A stretch of 64,000 nucleotides of DNA from positions 41,256 through 105,255 of the IMG/VR virus record IMGVR_UViG_3300030330_006019; one strand, written 5' to 3'. The DNA comes from a virus (taxonomy: Duplodnaviria; Caudoviricetes). The stretch's first letter is position 1, and each line of letters begins with the position of its first letter. The notes beneath the pieces were generated by a model that made no database searches, was not told where the DNA came from, and worked only from the letters and a program-made list of their open reading frames with translations. The position numbers were made by a program, and so were the translations under genes. Below, in pieces: positions 10,951 to 21,367 of the stretch.

Positions 10951-11592
10951 CTAAAACTCATAACCGAATGCATCAATATCTTCAAGGTATACTTCTGCAA
11001 TTCTTTGTCTACTTTCATCTGAATAATATTCTCTATAACCAGAATGATTTGTTTTATTAATCATTGGTAAGGGCTTGTTTATTATTCCAATTTGATCACA
11101 TACAATTTGCATGTCTTCAGCAAGGTTTTCATATTTTCCAATAAAGTCAAAAATTTGTTCACCATTACGATACATTTTATTATAGTGTGATATAAAATGT
11201 CCCTTTTCTTTTTCATGGTGCATATGCCTATATATTGAATTACAAACAAATCCTTCAATTAAATCAAAACTTTCTATTCCATGATATGCTTTGTAAATAT
11301 ATTCACAATACTTTTCAAAGGGCAGTGCACCTGACTTCATAGCAGGTTCATTCTTTACTTGTTCTTCCCATTTATACATACTAACAATTCTATCCCAAGG
11401 ATTTCTAACAAATCCAAATGAAAAGAAATTATTTTCTTTCATATATTTTATTTCATCATCTGAAAGTATTGTATGTCTATGCCCTAATGGACTATACCCT
11501 AGTTCATCACTTAAAAATTTTTCAATTGACGTTGTTGCTGTTTTTTGAGGTGCTAAATATACAACTTTATTTTTTACAAACCAAAGTGCCAT
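10951..11592 (-). CDS. sulfotransferase family 2 protein
   Basis: QKTATTS (5'-PSB loop), FVRNPWDRIVSMY (3'-PB), DFIGKYENL, D..AFGY. Confidence 0.88.
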   Translation of the reverse strand: MALWFVKNKVVYLAPQKTATTSIEKFLSDELGYSPLGHRHTILSDDEIKYMKENNFFSFGFVRNPWDRIVSMYKWEEQVKNEPAMKSGALPFEKYCEYIYKAYHGIESFDLIEGFVCNSIYRHMHHEKEKGHFISHYNKMYRNGEQIFDFIGKYENLAEDMQIVCDQIGIINKPLPMINKTNHSGYREYYSDESRQRIAEVYLEDIDAFGYEF

Positions 11593-11603
11593 AAAAACTT
11601 TCC

Positions 11604-12230
11604 TTATATTGTTTCATAAAAGGCATTTTGTTTTTCTTGTCTTCCAATATTTTTTGGATGATATAGTGCAAACTTTTCTTCTGCTGGTAAATTAGCAAAT
11701 TTTGTATAACCTTTTAATTGTTCATGAACTGGTTTTATCCAGTATATTTCTTCTTTATTTTGATATATTCTCATTTGCCAATCAGGAAAGTTTACCCAAC
11801 CATCTTCATTCATTTTCCATCCCCACTTGGCAATGTGTTCATCCGTAATTCCAGCAACTGTATTTACTCTTGGAACCCAGAATGCTTCTGTTTCTTCATT
11901 TGCTTCCAATATAAAAGGAAGTGCTTCTAACAAATATTCATTTGGCATTTCATCTGCATCTATTTGAAATATCCAATTTCCATTACAAGCTTTATTCAAA
12001 TTATTTTTATATTGTGCAAAGTTTTTATTTAATGCAAATTGATTTAATGTATACTCATCATGTGGTTTTGATTCCCATTTTTCACATGCATTAATAACTT
12101 CTGGAGTTGCATTCATATCCATCTGAACTACAACTTGGTCTTCTCGTCTTTTATGTTCAAATAGAAAAGCTAATAATCTTTCTATTTCTTTGTGTTCATT
12201 ACATACTGTAATTGCATAACTAATTTTCAT
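11604..12230 (-). CDS. GT2 glycosyltransferase
   Basis: ISYAITVCNE, IFQIDADE, PDWQMR, VHE. Confidence 0.88.
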   Translation of the reverse strand: MKISYAITVCNEHKEIERLLAFLFEHKRREDQVVVQMDMNATPEVINACEKWESKPHDEYTLNQFALNKNFAQYKNNLNKACNGNWIFQIDADEMPNEYLLEALPFILEANEETEAFWVPRVNTVAGITDEHIAKWGWKMNEDGWVNFPDWQMRIYQNKEEIYWIKPVHEQLKGYTKFANLPAEEKFALYHPKNIGRQEKQNAFYETI

Positions 12231-12233
12231 AAC

Positions 12234-12764
12234 CTATTCTCCTTGTAAATTAATCTCATCTAAATTTTTTCCTGGTGGTTGTGTACCAATTGATGTATCA
12301 GTTTCTCCTGGCAAATATGCATCTAAAACATTTTTACTAAACTCATAATTGACAACTCTAAGTGAATTAAAGTTGCCTATATTTAGTGTCCTATAACTAT
12401 CACCTAATCTTGTTTTTGCAATTTTTCTAATTGCTGCTGCATAAAACTGTTTAGGATTTTGTCCCACAATTAATTTTCTAAGCTTTACCTTTTTTGACTT
12501 ATATGCTTCAGAATATTCTATTCCTTGTCCACCAGCAAATAAATTAAATGCATTTAATGGAATTAAGTCAAGTGACAATGCATGCATAACTCTTCTAAAA
12601 TTTGGATTTAACACCAATAGTATATACTTTTTTGCACCACCCTTTTCCTTGCCTCTTGGTTGTTTTTTATAAACGGCTGAAATTATCATTCCAGGCTCCA
12701 ACTGTGCAATTGATATTTGTTGTCCAGCTCCACATTTACTTAGATGTTGTGAAAAGTATGACAT
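12234..12764 (-). CDS. hypothetical protein (basic)
   Basis: 176 aa ORF, translationally coupled to the upstream gene. Confidence 0.7.
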   Translation of the reverse strand: MSYFSQHLSKCGAGQQISIAQLEPGMIISAVYKKQPRGKEKGGAKKYILLVLNPNFRRVMHALSLDLIPLNAFNLFAGGQGIEYSEAYKSKKVKLRKLIVGQNPKQFYAAAIRKIAKTRLGDSYRTLNIGNFNSLRVVNYEFSKNVLDAYLPGETDTSIGTQPPGKNLDEINLQGE

Positions 12765-13219
12765 TACTTGGCTACACCCATTCTTTTACATGCGTCCATA
12801 AATTTATCACGTGGAAATCTTTCGGATAATTCTATTCCAAGTCTTGTTTTATAATACTCACCATCTCTTCCAGGAATTGGGTATTTTATTTGCTCACCTT
12901 TTTCAATCTGAACAACTGGTGAATATACCCATTCATAAGAATCTTTGGTTCCTTCTGGATATAGCATTGCATGCTCCATAACAATTGTTGTTAAATACCA
13001 GTATTGTCCTAAAAGCTTGTCTTCAAATCGTGTTGACGTAATTATTTTAGGTGAACGAGATTCAAACTCTTCTACTTGTTTATTTCCAATTGTTAAATTA
13101 CTATTTGTATTATACCCAGTGTCCATACACATTTTAGATATACCAGCTTTTTCATCTTTTTCAACTATAACTGATACTCTATTTGTAAAAGGACTTTTTT
13201 CTTTTAAGTCTGTACTCAT
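12764..13219 (-). CDS. hypothetical phage protein
   Basis: 151 aa ORF with overlapping stop/start codons. Confidence 0.75.
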   Translation of the reverse strand: MSTDLKEKSPFTNRVSVIVEKDEKAGISKMCMDTGYNTNSNLTIGNKQVEEFESRSPKIITSTRFEDKLLGQYWYLTTIVMEHAMLYPEGTKDSYEWVYSPVVQIEKGEQIKYPIPGRDGEYYKTRLGIELSERFPRDKFMDACKRMGVAK

Positions 13220-14490
13220 GATATTTTCTCCAATTTTGGTAATGTTATTTTAGGCATATTTAGTTGTACTTGCTGTGGTACATTAACATGCTTTTCCATT
13301 ATTTCTGTAAATCTTTCTGTCATTTTATCTAGATTTAATTCTTCACGAACAAGTCTTGCTTGTTTTCTTGCATCTGGAATATATTTTTTATATTTTTTAT
13401 GTATATCCTTTAACACTTTTGATGCATATAGATGGTTTACATAGAACCATTTAGAACCTTGAACAACTACATTTTCCCATTGTGCAGATTCATGTACTTC
13501 TTGCAATTCACCAGGTAAAAGAACTGAATGTTTTAGAAAATCTATATGTCCTGACCAGTTTGATGCTATTACTGGTTTTTGAGTTACACAAAATTCTGCA
13601 AGAGGTCTTCCATAACCTTCTCCATGTGTAAATGATAGCATGGCCTTTACCTTTGGATGATTGTATAAACTATTCATTTCTTCAGGTTCTAAATCTCCAT
13701 GAAGTAAATATACATTAGGTAAACCTTCACCACACTGGTCTGCAATAAGCTTAATTTTTCTAAGAATATTTTCTCTGTCTATTACACTAAATGTTGCTTG
13801 ACTAGTTTTAAGTATCAATGCAGGTTTATTTGCTTTTCTCTTAAATGTCTCAAAAAATGTTTTTAACATTCCAGCAACATCTTTTCTATCATGTCCAAAA
13901 TTTCCATTTAGCCAATGTCCAACAAAAAGAAAACAAAAGTTTTCCTTAATATTTGATAATTCATCTGCAACTGTTTTTGAAATTTCAGATGTCTTATTCC
14001 ATACTTTTGTATCAACACCTTCAAACAATACCTCCATTGGTACAGTTACTTTATGTTCACCTTCTTTTTTCTGAGTTTGATTGTTTATCTTGTCATAAAC
14101 TGTTCTCAAAAATGATTCTTTTGAATGTTCAGATGTCACAATTACTAAATTCATCCTATTCATTCCATCAACCCAAGGATGAGAAACATGTGTTGTTTCA
14201 ATACCTGCAGTTATACCTATATTGTATTTACCAACTGGCTGAAATTCATTAGGTACTGTAACCTGAATCCATATATCTGGTTGTTTTGGTAAATTTCCAA
14301 AGTGTAAAACATCTATAATATCCTGGTCATCTTTGCCAAGAGCATTCATAGGGCATGAACCCCATCTTTGACTAAGTACTTTTATATCATACTTATCCAT
14401 TGCTATCAAACTTCTCAATAAATCTCTAGCGTGGTCTCCATATCCTGAACGTGTCGCAACTGGTGCACTCATAACTAATAATGGTTTCAT
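13216..14490 (-). CDS. GT-B (GT4-like) glycosyltransferase
   Basis: TRSGYG, FLFVGHW, RKD, HGEGYGRPLAE. Confidence 0.88.
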   Translation of the reverse strand: MKPLLVMSAPVATRSGYGDHARDLLRSLIAMDKYDIKVLSQRWGSCPMNALGKDDQDIIDVLHFGNLPKQPDIWIQVTVPNEFQPVGKYNIGITAGIETTHVSHPWVDGMNRMNLVIVTSEHSKESFLRTVYDKINNQTQKKEGEHKVTVPMEVLFEGVDTKVWNKTSEISKTVADELSNIKENFCFLFVGHWLNGNFGHDRKDVAGMLKTFFETFKRKANKPALILKTSQATFSVIDRENILRKIKLIADQCGEGLPNVYLLHGDLEPEEMNSLYNHPKVKAMLSFTHGEGYGRPLAEFCVTQKPVIASNWSGHIDFLKHSVLLPGELQEVHESAQWENVVVQGSKWFYVNHLYASKVLKDIHKKYKKYIPDARKQARLVREELNLDKMTERFTEIMEKHVNVPQQVQLNMPKITLPKLEKIS

Positions 14491-14499
14491 TTTTTTCTC

Positions 14500-15957
14500 C
14501 TAAAAATTATGTCCTACTGGGTATTTTGGTTTTGGTTTTTGTGAGTCAATTAAAGTAAATCTTTTTCTAGGTTTCCAATGTTTCCAACAACTTTCAATTG
14601 AACGTTCAAATGCATTACACATTTCCTTTGCTGTAAATCCATTTTCAATTGCCCAGTCTCTTCCTTTCATACCTCTGGTTTTTAATTCATCTACTCCTAA
14701 TCTATATGCTTTTTCAATTTGGTCTGTAACATCAGGTATATTACATCTTGAATCATAAATGTATGGTGTAAGAGGTGAACCTTGTAAATTTATTTGTGGC
14801 CAAACAACAAATGACCATTCACCATGATTCTTATACCTACCATTACTATTACTTGGCCAATCAGAATTATAATCTTCCAACTCTACATATTTTCCATCAT
14901 CTTTAATAATACCTACTTGGTCTTGTAAACCTCCAATACAATTTACTAAAACTGGTGTACCTGTCATAATTGATTCCATGCAACTTAAACCAAATCCTTC
15001 AGCAGAACTAATATTTGCACCTAAATCTGACATATTATACAAGTAGTTTAATTGTTTTGTTGTTAACTTAGCTTCACTAAATATCACATTATAATCTGGT
15101 AATAGTGCATCTTTTACAGCACCTAAATCAGTACCTGCATCATCTACTTTATTTGTGTGTAATAACAAGTAACATTCATTTGCTTGTTCTTTTGTTAATC
15201 TATCACAAAATAGTTTATACGCTAACATTAAGTCAGATGTAGATTTTCTTCTAATATTTCTACTGTTATACATTACAACAAATCCTGGCGTAACACCTCC
15301 AAATATCTGATGTTCAAATTTAATCAATTCATTAAACTCTGGGTGATCCTTTCCAATTGGATAGTATTCATCTGTTGGTATTCCGTGTTGTACATATGTT
15401 AAGTCTATACCTTTTCTTCTAGGATTCTTTTGGCAAACATTAAAATTAATATTGTATGTTTGCTTTGATATTGCCATAAGTAAATCACATGAATCATAAA
15501 AAGGCTCATTCCAATGCGGATAAGGCAAATCATCCCAGATATTCAAATATCCTAATGGTATAGTTTGTCTTATTTCATGTTCCATTTGATAAAGCCACTG
15601 CCAGAACCTAGGGTCTGTAAAGTGAATAATTGCATCTGGTTTTTCTTGTGAAATTATATGTCTAACAATTTCTTGAGTACCATAACCTGAACATGGATAT
15701 ATTTTTACATCTGCATCATCTACTCCAGTTTCAGTTTTTACTTGGTCACTTATATCTAAAAGTTTTCCATTGTCTGGATGTTTTACTGCTCCTCCTAGTT
15801 GTACCCAGTCATATCTATCAACTGTTCCAAAAACTAAATTCTTTGATACAGTTCCTACACCTGAATGCAATCTCATATCATCTGAAAGCAATAATATTTT
15901 TTTCTTTTTTGGCTTATTTGGGTCTACACTTCTTAATTTTGGTAATTTGATTTCCAT
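14500..15957 (-). CDS. GT-B (GT4-like) glycosyltransferase
   Basis: SGVG, HGI, NSRNIRRK, SAEGFGLSCMES. Confidence 0.88.
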   Translation of the reverse strand: MEIKLPKLRSVDPNKPKKKKILLLSDDMRLHSGVGTVSKNLVFGTVDRYDWVQLGGAVKHPDNGKLLDISDQVKTETGVDDADVKIYPCSGYGTQEIVRHIISQEKPDAIIHFTDPRFWQWLYQMEHEIRQTIPLGYLNIWDDLPYPHWNEPFYDSCDLLMAISKQTYNINFNVCQKNPRRKGIDLTYVQHGIPTDEYYPIGKDHPEFNELIKFEHQIFGGVTPGFVVMYNSRNIRRKSTSDLMLAYKLFCDRLTKEQANECYLLLHTNKVDDAGTDLGAVKDALLPDYNVIFSEAKLTTKQLNYLYNMSDLGANISSAEGFGLSCMESIMTGTPVLVNCIGGLQDQVGIIKDDGKYVELEDYNSDWPSNSNGRYKNHGEWSFVVWPQINLQGSPLTPYIYDSRCNIPDVTDQIEKAYRLGVDELKTRGMKGRDWAIENGFTAKEMCNAFERSIESCWKHWKPRKRFTLIDSQKPKPKYPVGHNF

Positions 15958-15975
15958 AACCTCTTCCTTAATAAT

Positions 15976-16167
15976 CTATAAATTTTTGCCTAATAGTGTT
16001 GTTTCTAAAATCTTCTGTCTAAAATTTTTGTCTGTTAAATATAAATGAATTGCCCTATTTGTGATTTTTTGAAAATTAAGGTTATCTTGTATTCCTTTAA
16101 TCTTAAAATCCCTGTGCAACTCTTTAGAAATTTTGACAGATGTTAATTTAAGTTTGTCCTGTGTCAT
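15976..16167 (-). CDS. small ribbon-helix-helix-like DNA-binding protein
   Basis: KLTSVKISKELHRDFK...FQKITNRAIHLY pattern; AGGAG Shine-Dalgarno upstream. Confidence 0.6.
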   Translation of the reverse strand: MTQDKLKLTSVKISKELHRDFKIKGIQDNLNFQKITNRAIHLYLTDKNFRQKILETTLLGKNL

Positions 16168-16225
16168 CTTATTATCTCCTTTATATATGAATATACATAT
16201 ATAAATATAATCATAAAATTAAAAA

Positions 16226-16627
16226 CTAATGAATAATGACAACTTTTTTGCGAAATTTTCTTGCTTCAAAAATTGTATATTCAGTTCCTTTACTTTCTTC
16301 ACCCTTTGGAATAAATGCTATTAAGTAATCAACATATCTTGCCAAAATAGTATTTCTTGTAAAATAATTTTTTGTTTTATATGGTTTATTGTACCAATTT
16401 TCTGACATAATTGAATACAATGTTTTTTGTGTATGAGCTGGGTTTACTTCCCTATATTCACAACCTAACTCTAATGCATATTTTTTAACATACTTGTCGG
16501 CACCATGCTGTCCTCCTCCACTAACAACAATTAACCTATCACCAAATCTTTTTGTTAAGTCAAATACTGTTTGCTTAATCTTTCTTTTATTTTCATATGT
16601 ATTACTACCGACAATTCCTATTTTCAT
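16226..16627 (-). CDS. SLOG/YspA (DprA-like Rossmann) family protein
   Basis: IGIVGS, VSGG..GAD, RN, IAF, SKGT motifs. Confidence 0.75.
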   Translation of the reverse strand: MKIGIVGSNTYENKRKIKQTVFDLTKRFGDRLIVVSGGGQHGADKYVKKYALELGCEYREVNPAHTQKTLYSIMSENWYNKPYKTKNYFTRNTILARYVDYLIAFIPKGEESKGTEYTIFEARKFRKKVVIIH

Positions 16628-16848
16628 TACTTTCTATTCCTATTTGGTCTATAACTATACCAAGCTCTTTCATGAAAATAATACAATACCATTTTTGTAA
16701 TTAATTCTAGTGCACCTACCTTTAACCCAATCATAGGGTCTCCACTAACAAGCCAACCTAATGCCATTGTATCTAATGTACCAACAACTCTCCATGTTAT
16801 GGTTTTAATAATATGTCTACGCCTTGCAGCCCATTTATTTCTTGTCAC
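16627..16848 (-). CDS. DUF2061 small membrane protein
   Basis: KTITWRVVGTLDT...KMVLYYFHERAW. Confidence 0.85.
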   Translation of the reverse strand: MTRNKWAARRRHIIKTITWRVVGTLDTMALGWLVSGDPMIGLKVGALELITKMVLYYFHERAWYSYRPNRNRK

Positions 16849-17198
16849 TTTAGCAACCCCTCTTTTCTCATTTGTTTTCTAATTTTAGTTGCTGATATCT
16901 TTTCAACTTGTGTTGGAGGTACATGTTCGATAATTTCATATCCAACACCTCTGCCATAATTAACAGATTCTATGTCTGGTATAATTACTACCTTTATACT
17001 TCCATTTGCAATTTCTTTTGAAAATCTTTTATTTAAGTTTTGCTCAACTTCTTGTGGTGTCCAAGGTTGATTTTCATTTGGTTCAACATCCCTAATTGCT
17101 ATACATATATTTTTGCCTTCTTTAATTCTTTGGTCTATTAACCATTGATGGCCATCATGCCAAGGTTGCCACCTTCCTATAAACATTGAGTATTTCAT
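16845..17198 (-). CDS. HxGH nucleotidyltransferase (cytidyltransferase-like)
   Basis: FIGRWQPWHDGH and ISATKIR motifs. Confidence 0.85.
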   Translation of the reverse strand: MKYSMFIGRWQPWHDGHQWLIDQRIKEGKNICIAIRDVEPNENQPWTPQEVEQNLNKRFSKEIANGSIKVVIIPDIESVNYGRGVGYEIIEHVPPTQVEKISATKIRKQMRKEGLLK

Positions 17199-17953
17199 AT
17201 TCCTTTATCTCTTTGTAAATTTAATGCTATTGCCCTTTCACCAGGCTTATCAGGATCCATATCATTAATAAGATATCTTGGACCTCGCTCAATCCCCATT
17301 ATTAATCTATCAAATGGTATGTAATTATTTACCAATTCATTGATAGTATGTTCTCTCATATCTTCAGGTCTTGCTGTTGTTAAAATTATCATATGACCAT
17401 CATCATACCACTCATTTAATTTATCAACAGTTGAAATTATAGGTTCTGCATCTGAAGTTGTATATGTTTCAAATTTTCTATACTTAAAAATTGTTCCATC
17501 AATGTCACAAAAATATGTATGCTTCTTTTTTACATTAAATGATATTTTGTCTAAACACTTTTCAATAGAAATATTTGTTGTGTCCATGTCAATAAAATTT
17601 TCTGTAGGCTTTTCATAATCTTTTGCAAAATAGTCTTCCCTACCTCTAGTTTCAGTTGTATGAACATATATTTCAGTTACATCATTTGTTGCCTTTAGTG
17701 AATCTCTCATTTCCTTATATGGAGCAACAACTGAAACAACAACTGTCAATCCTTTATTATCTAAGAATCTACATAAATCCAATACTGACTGTATATTCTT
17801 TGTTCTCCCAGCTGGGCTATAGTCGAAATTTTGAAATAAATCTCGCAAACCATCACCATCAATATGAATGCAATTATCACTACATTTTTCTATCATTGCT
17901 TTAGCTAATGTTGTCTTACCAGCACCTGGCTGGCCTGTAAACCAATATATCAT
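17195..17953 (-). CDS. cysC: adenylylsulfate kinase fused to a HAD phosphatase domain
   Basis: WFTGQPGAGKTT, DGDGLR, DYS..GR, VAPY, YEKP; C-terminal FCDIDGT...TTAR...LIND. Confidence 0.88.
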   Translation of the reverse strand: MIYWFTGQPGAGKTTLAKAMIEKCSDNCIHIDGDGLRDLFQNFDYSPAGRTKNIQSVLDLCRFLDNKGLTVVVSVVAPYKEMRDSLKATNDVTEIYVHTTETRGREDYFAKDYEKPTENFIDMDTTNISIEKCLDKISFNVKKKHTYFCDIDGTIFKYRKFETYTTSDAEPIISTVDKLNEWYDDGHMIILTTARPEDMREHTINELVNNYIPFDRLIMGIERGPRYLINDMDPDKPGERAIALNLQRDKGI

Positions 17954-18879
17954 AAAGTAATCCTTTTATCTTTTGGGCATAATTCATAATTTGTCTTAAA
18001 TGGGCACCACTTACAATTTTTATTTTTTTCACCCTTTGTTGCTGGGTATATACCTTGTAAGTTATGTTTACCATCGGCAGTAAATGCTTCTGATATGAAT
18101 TTTGCCAAATTTTTGTTTGTTTTATTAATACTAGGTTTTCCTGATGCTGGAGAATATGTTTGTATTCTTCTTTGTGGAAAATCTAAATTTTCATAAAGCT
18201 TTCTTTTAACAATAAAATATTCTATTTCAATATCACTAATATCTGTTTCATATTGTCTTGAAAAATATTCTTTATAAATTCTAAGTTGGTCACCATTCTC
18301 TTTCTTTTGAGAAGGTCTCCATCCCATTGTACTGGTTTTAATGTCTATGATTTTGATTTTATTGTGTTCACGTATAACTAAATCAATAAATCCTGTCATC
18401 ATAATATTTGGGTTTACTTCAGTTTCATAAAAAATTGGCATTTCTATTCCAACCAATTCACAATTCTTTTTACTAAAATATGCACCTCTTTTTCTTTTTA
18501 GATAATCTATAATTTCTACACCATCCCAATAAAACTCCATCATTTGATTTTGATTAGAAAAATGTTTTCCATCAAACTCAGCAAGTGTTTCTTTATAGTT
18601 GTGTTGCATTCTTTCTTTAAGCATTTTGTGAAGGTCTAAACTATCAGCTGACTTTATTGAATCGCTATACATTACTTCAAGATAATGCTGAATTACTTCG
18701 TGCATAGATGTACCAAATGTTAAATAGATAGATGGCTCAAAGTCTCTGTGCTTATCTATATAATTTAATTTCCATTGATGTGGGCAAGTTTTATACATAT
18801 TGAACTGACTGTAAGAAATTGTTTTCTTACCCATCATTCTTGCTTTTATTGCCAAATCTCTAGGTGATTTTATTTTCAT
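17950..18879 (-). CDS. PD-(D/E)XK (RecB/Cas4-like) exonuclease
   Basis: ISYSQ...CP, FGTSMH, GFIDL...IDIKT, QL.IY, CKWCPF...C. Confidence 0.88.
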   Translation of the reverse strand: MKIKSPRDLAIKARMMGKKTISYSQFNMYKTCPHQWKLNYIDKHRDFEPSIYLTFGTSMHEVIQHYLEVMYSDSIKSADSLDLHKMLKERMQHNYKETLAEFDGKHFSNQNQMMEFYWDGVEIIDYLKRKRGAYFSKKNCELVGIEMPIFYETEVNPNIMMTGFIDLVIREHNKIKIIDIKTSTMGWRPSQKKENGDQLRIYKEYFSRQYETDISDIEIEYFIVKRKLYENLDFPQRRIQTYSPASGKPSINKTNKNLAKFISEAFTADGKHNLQGIYPATKGEKNKNCKWCPFKTNYELCPKDKRITL

Positions 18880-18916
18880 CTATATAATATAACCAATTTT
18901 TATGAATTATTAAAAT

Positions 18917-19114
18917 TTATTTAGAGTTATTTTCAATAAGTTTATCTAAATATTGTTTTGCTTTTAACAAATCTTCCATTCCATTTTTGTGTCGCCATCT
19001 TGTAATATACTTTACAATATTACCTTCAAAAAAGTCAAGGTTTTGAGAGTGAGCATATTCCCACATCTCTATTCCTTTAGTGTAATGCTTTGGATGTTTA
19101 ACATTATCAGCCAA
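18917..19114 (-). CDS. DUF3310 family protein
   Basis: VKHPKHY...GNIVKYITRWRHKNG.EDLLKA..YL; probable TTG start at 19114 after AAGGA. Confidence 0.8.
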   Translation of the reverse strand: MADNVKHPKHYTKGIEMWEYAHSQNLDFFEGNIVKYITRWRHKNGMEDLLKAKQYLDKLIENNSK

Positions 19115-19361
19115 GTTTAATTGTTCCTTTGCTATCTTTCTTATCTGCTTGTTGAGGAATAAGCTCGTCATTAACATGGCCACAGCTACTACACTCAAAT
19201 ACAGGCATTGGTAAAAAACTTTTCTTTCCACTTGGCGACATTACAGCTGAAACACGTTTTAATAATACTACTTGAATAAATGTAGGATTTCCACATTCTT
19301 CACAAACAACATCATCCATGTCGTTTAGATTTATATTTATCTTTTGTTTATTATCTTTCAT
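19107..19361 (-). CDS. zinc-ribbon hypothetical protein
   Basis: CEECG...CSSCGH. Confidence 0.75.
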   Translation of the reverse strand: MKDNKQKININLNDMDDVVCEECGNPTFIQVVLLKRVSAVMSPSGKKSFLPMPVFECSSCGHVNDELIPQQADKKDSKGTIKLG

Positions 19362-21010
19362 TATCCTATTCCAAATCCTCCTCCCATCATTGGTGGCTCT
19401 TTGCCTTCTTCCTCTGGGAGTTTATTAATTACACATTCAGTTGTTAAAATTGTACCTGAAACTGATACTGCTTTTTCAAGAGCAACACGTGTTACTTTAT
19501 TAGGGTCAACAATTCCTTCTTCATACATATCTACAACTTTTTCATTTCTTGCATCAAATCCTGGTACTTTCAAACCATCTGATGTATTAACTTTATTCCA
19601 TATTACATCAGAATTTAGACCTGCATTTTCCATTATTGCATTAAATGGTGCCTTGCATGCATCTAAAACAATTTCATATCCAATTAGTTGGTCAGGATTT
19701 GAAACAAATGGACCTTCTTCTTCAGCCTCTGTGCTTGCAATTCTTAGTGCTATTCCACCACCAGGTACAATACCTTCATCAATTGCTGCTCGTGTTGCTG
19801 CAAGTGCATCTTCAACTCTATATTTTTTTTCCTTAAGCTCTATTTCAGATTGTGCACCTATATTTAATATTGCAACACCGCCTGTCATTTTACCAAGCCT
19901 TTCTTGAAGACTTTCTATTTCATAACTAGAGTCTGAACTATCAATTAAGTCTTTTATATCATTTGCCCTGGCTAAAACATCATCAGAATTTCCACCACCA
20001 TCAACAATTGTTGTATTTTTACCAGTTATACTAATTAACTTTGCTGTACCAAACATATCAGGTGTAACTTTGTCAAGTTTCATTCCCTTTGTTGTTGAAA
20101 TTACAGTACCTCCAGTCAAAACAGCAATGTCTTGTAACATATCATTTCTTTTATCACCAAATCCTGGTGCCTTTACAGCTGCTACTTTACACGTACCTCT
20201 TGCTTTATTAACAATAAGTCCTGCCAATGCTTCACCATCAACATCTTCGGCAATAATAACTAAAGGCTTATCTGCTTGGATTGCCATTTCAAGTGGCTTA
20301 ACTATTGATTTTAGACTAGATATTCGTTTATCATATAGTAGAATCCATGCATTTTCCAATTGGCACATCATCTTTTCATTTGAATTTACAAAGTATGGAG
20401 ATAAGTAACCTCTATCAAACTGTAAACCTTCAACAACTTCTAAATTTGTTTCTGATGACTTTCCTTCCTCAACTGTTATTACACCTTCACGACCTACTTT
20501 GTCCATAGCTTCAGAAATAAGGTTTCCAATTTCAGTATCATTATTTGCAGATATTCTTGCAACTTGTTGAATTTCAGTTTCAGATTCTATTTGTTTACTC
20601 ATAGAACTTAATTTTTCTCTAATAACACCAACAGCCTTTTCCATACCTCTTTTTATTTCAACAGGGTTTGCTGAACTTCTTGAAATTGTATTCAACCCAT
20701 TCTCAATAATACTGTGAGCCAATACTGTAGCCGTTGTTGTTCCATCACCAGCTTCATCATTTACTTGCTTGGCAACTTCTTTAACCATTTGTGCACCAGC
20801 ATTTTGAACTGAATCTGTTAGTTCTACTTCTTCAGCAACTGTTACACCATCCTTTGTTGAAACATATTCACCAAAATCTTTTTCAATGACAACATTTCTA
20901 CCTTTAGGACCTAATGTAGTTTTTACTGCATCACATAATGTATTTATTCCAGCATACAATCCATCTTTTGCTTTTTTGTCAAATGATATTTTTTTTGGAC
21001 CTGATTTCAT
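19361..21010 (-). CDS. groEL: chaperonin GroEL
   Basis: [40 protein letters not shown]-like tail. Confidence 0.98.
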   Translation of the reverse strand: MKSGPKKISFDKKAKDGLYAGINTLCDAVKTTLGPKGRNVVIEKDFGEYVSTKDGVTVAEEVELTDSVQNAGAQMVKEVAKQVNDEAGDGTTTATVLAHSIIENGLNTISRSSANPVEIKRGMEKAVGVIREKLSSMSKQIESETEIQQVARISANNDTEIGNLISEAMDKVGREGVITVEEGKSSETNLEVVEGLQFDRGYLSPYFVNSNEKMMCQLENAWILLYDKRISSLKSIVKPLEMAIQADKPLVIIAEDVDGEALAGLIVNKARGTCKVAAVKAPGFGDKRNDMLQDIAVLTGGTVISTTKGMKLDKVTPDMFGTAKLISITGKNTTIVDGGGNSDDVLARANDIKDLIDSSDSSYEIESLQERLGKMTGGVAILNIGAQSEIELKEKKYRVEDALAATRAAIDEGIVPGGGIALRIASTEAEEEGPFVSNPDQLIGYEIVLDACKAPFNAIMENAGLNSDVIWNKVNTSDGLKVPGFDARNEKVVDMYEEGIVDPNKVTRVALEKAVSVSGTILTTECVINKLPEEEGKEPPMMGGGFGIG

Positions 21011-21011
21011 T

Positions 21012-21308
21012 TTATTTCTCCTTAATAATAACTAATAATTCTTTTTCACGAATGACCAAATAGTCTTCTCCGTCAACTTCAATCTTTTTTGCACCATACT
21101 TTGGGTACATAACTTTATCACCTACTTTGCACTGCATATAACCAACTTGGCCAGAAGATAATACTTCGCCTGGACCAACTGAACATACTGTACCTAACAT
21201 AGTTTCTTCTTGTGCAATATCTGGAAGGATAACTCCTCCTGATGTCATTTCATCTGGGTCAATTGCTTTTAATACGACTCTATCGCCTATTGGATTTAAT
21301 TTTTCCAT
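21012..21308 (-). CDS. groES: co-chaperonin GroES
   Basis: PIGDRVV...TSGGVILPD...VGPG...KVGDKV; start MEKLNP follows GGAGG. Confidence 0.96.
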   Translation of the reverse strand: MEKLNPIGDRVVLKAIDPDEMTSGGVILPDIAQEETMLGTVCSVGPGEVLSSGQVGYMQCKVGDKVMYPKYGAKKIEVDGEDYLVIREKELLVIIKEK

Positions 21309-21367
21309 TATAACCTCCATTTATTATGTATATATTAATAACCTTTTTGTATATATAAATATACTTC

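Noticed and set aside
12234-12764. Possible remote similarity to the T4 gp2 DNA end protector
   Set aside because: Only a vague pattern; it cannot be supported without a profile search.
17950-18879. Cas4-like nuclease as evidence of a CRISPR-Cas system
   Set aside because: No array or other cas genes are present; standalone PD-(D/E)XK exonucleases are common in phages.
1-21320. Bacterial chromosomal LPS/capsule locus with host groESL
   Set aside because: The region is contiguous and co-oriented with phage genes, shares the phage promoter motifs, and is interspersed with phage-type ORFs.
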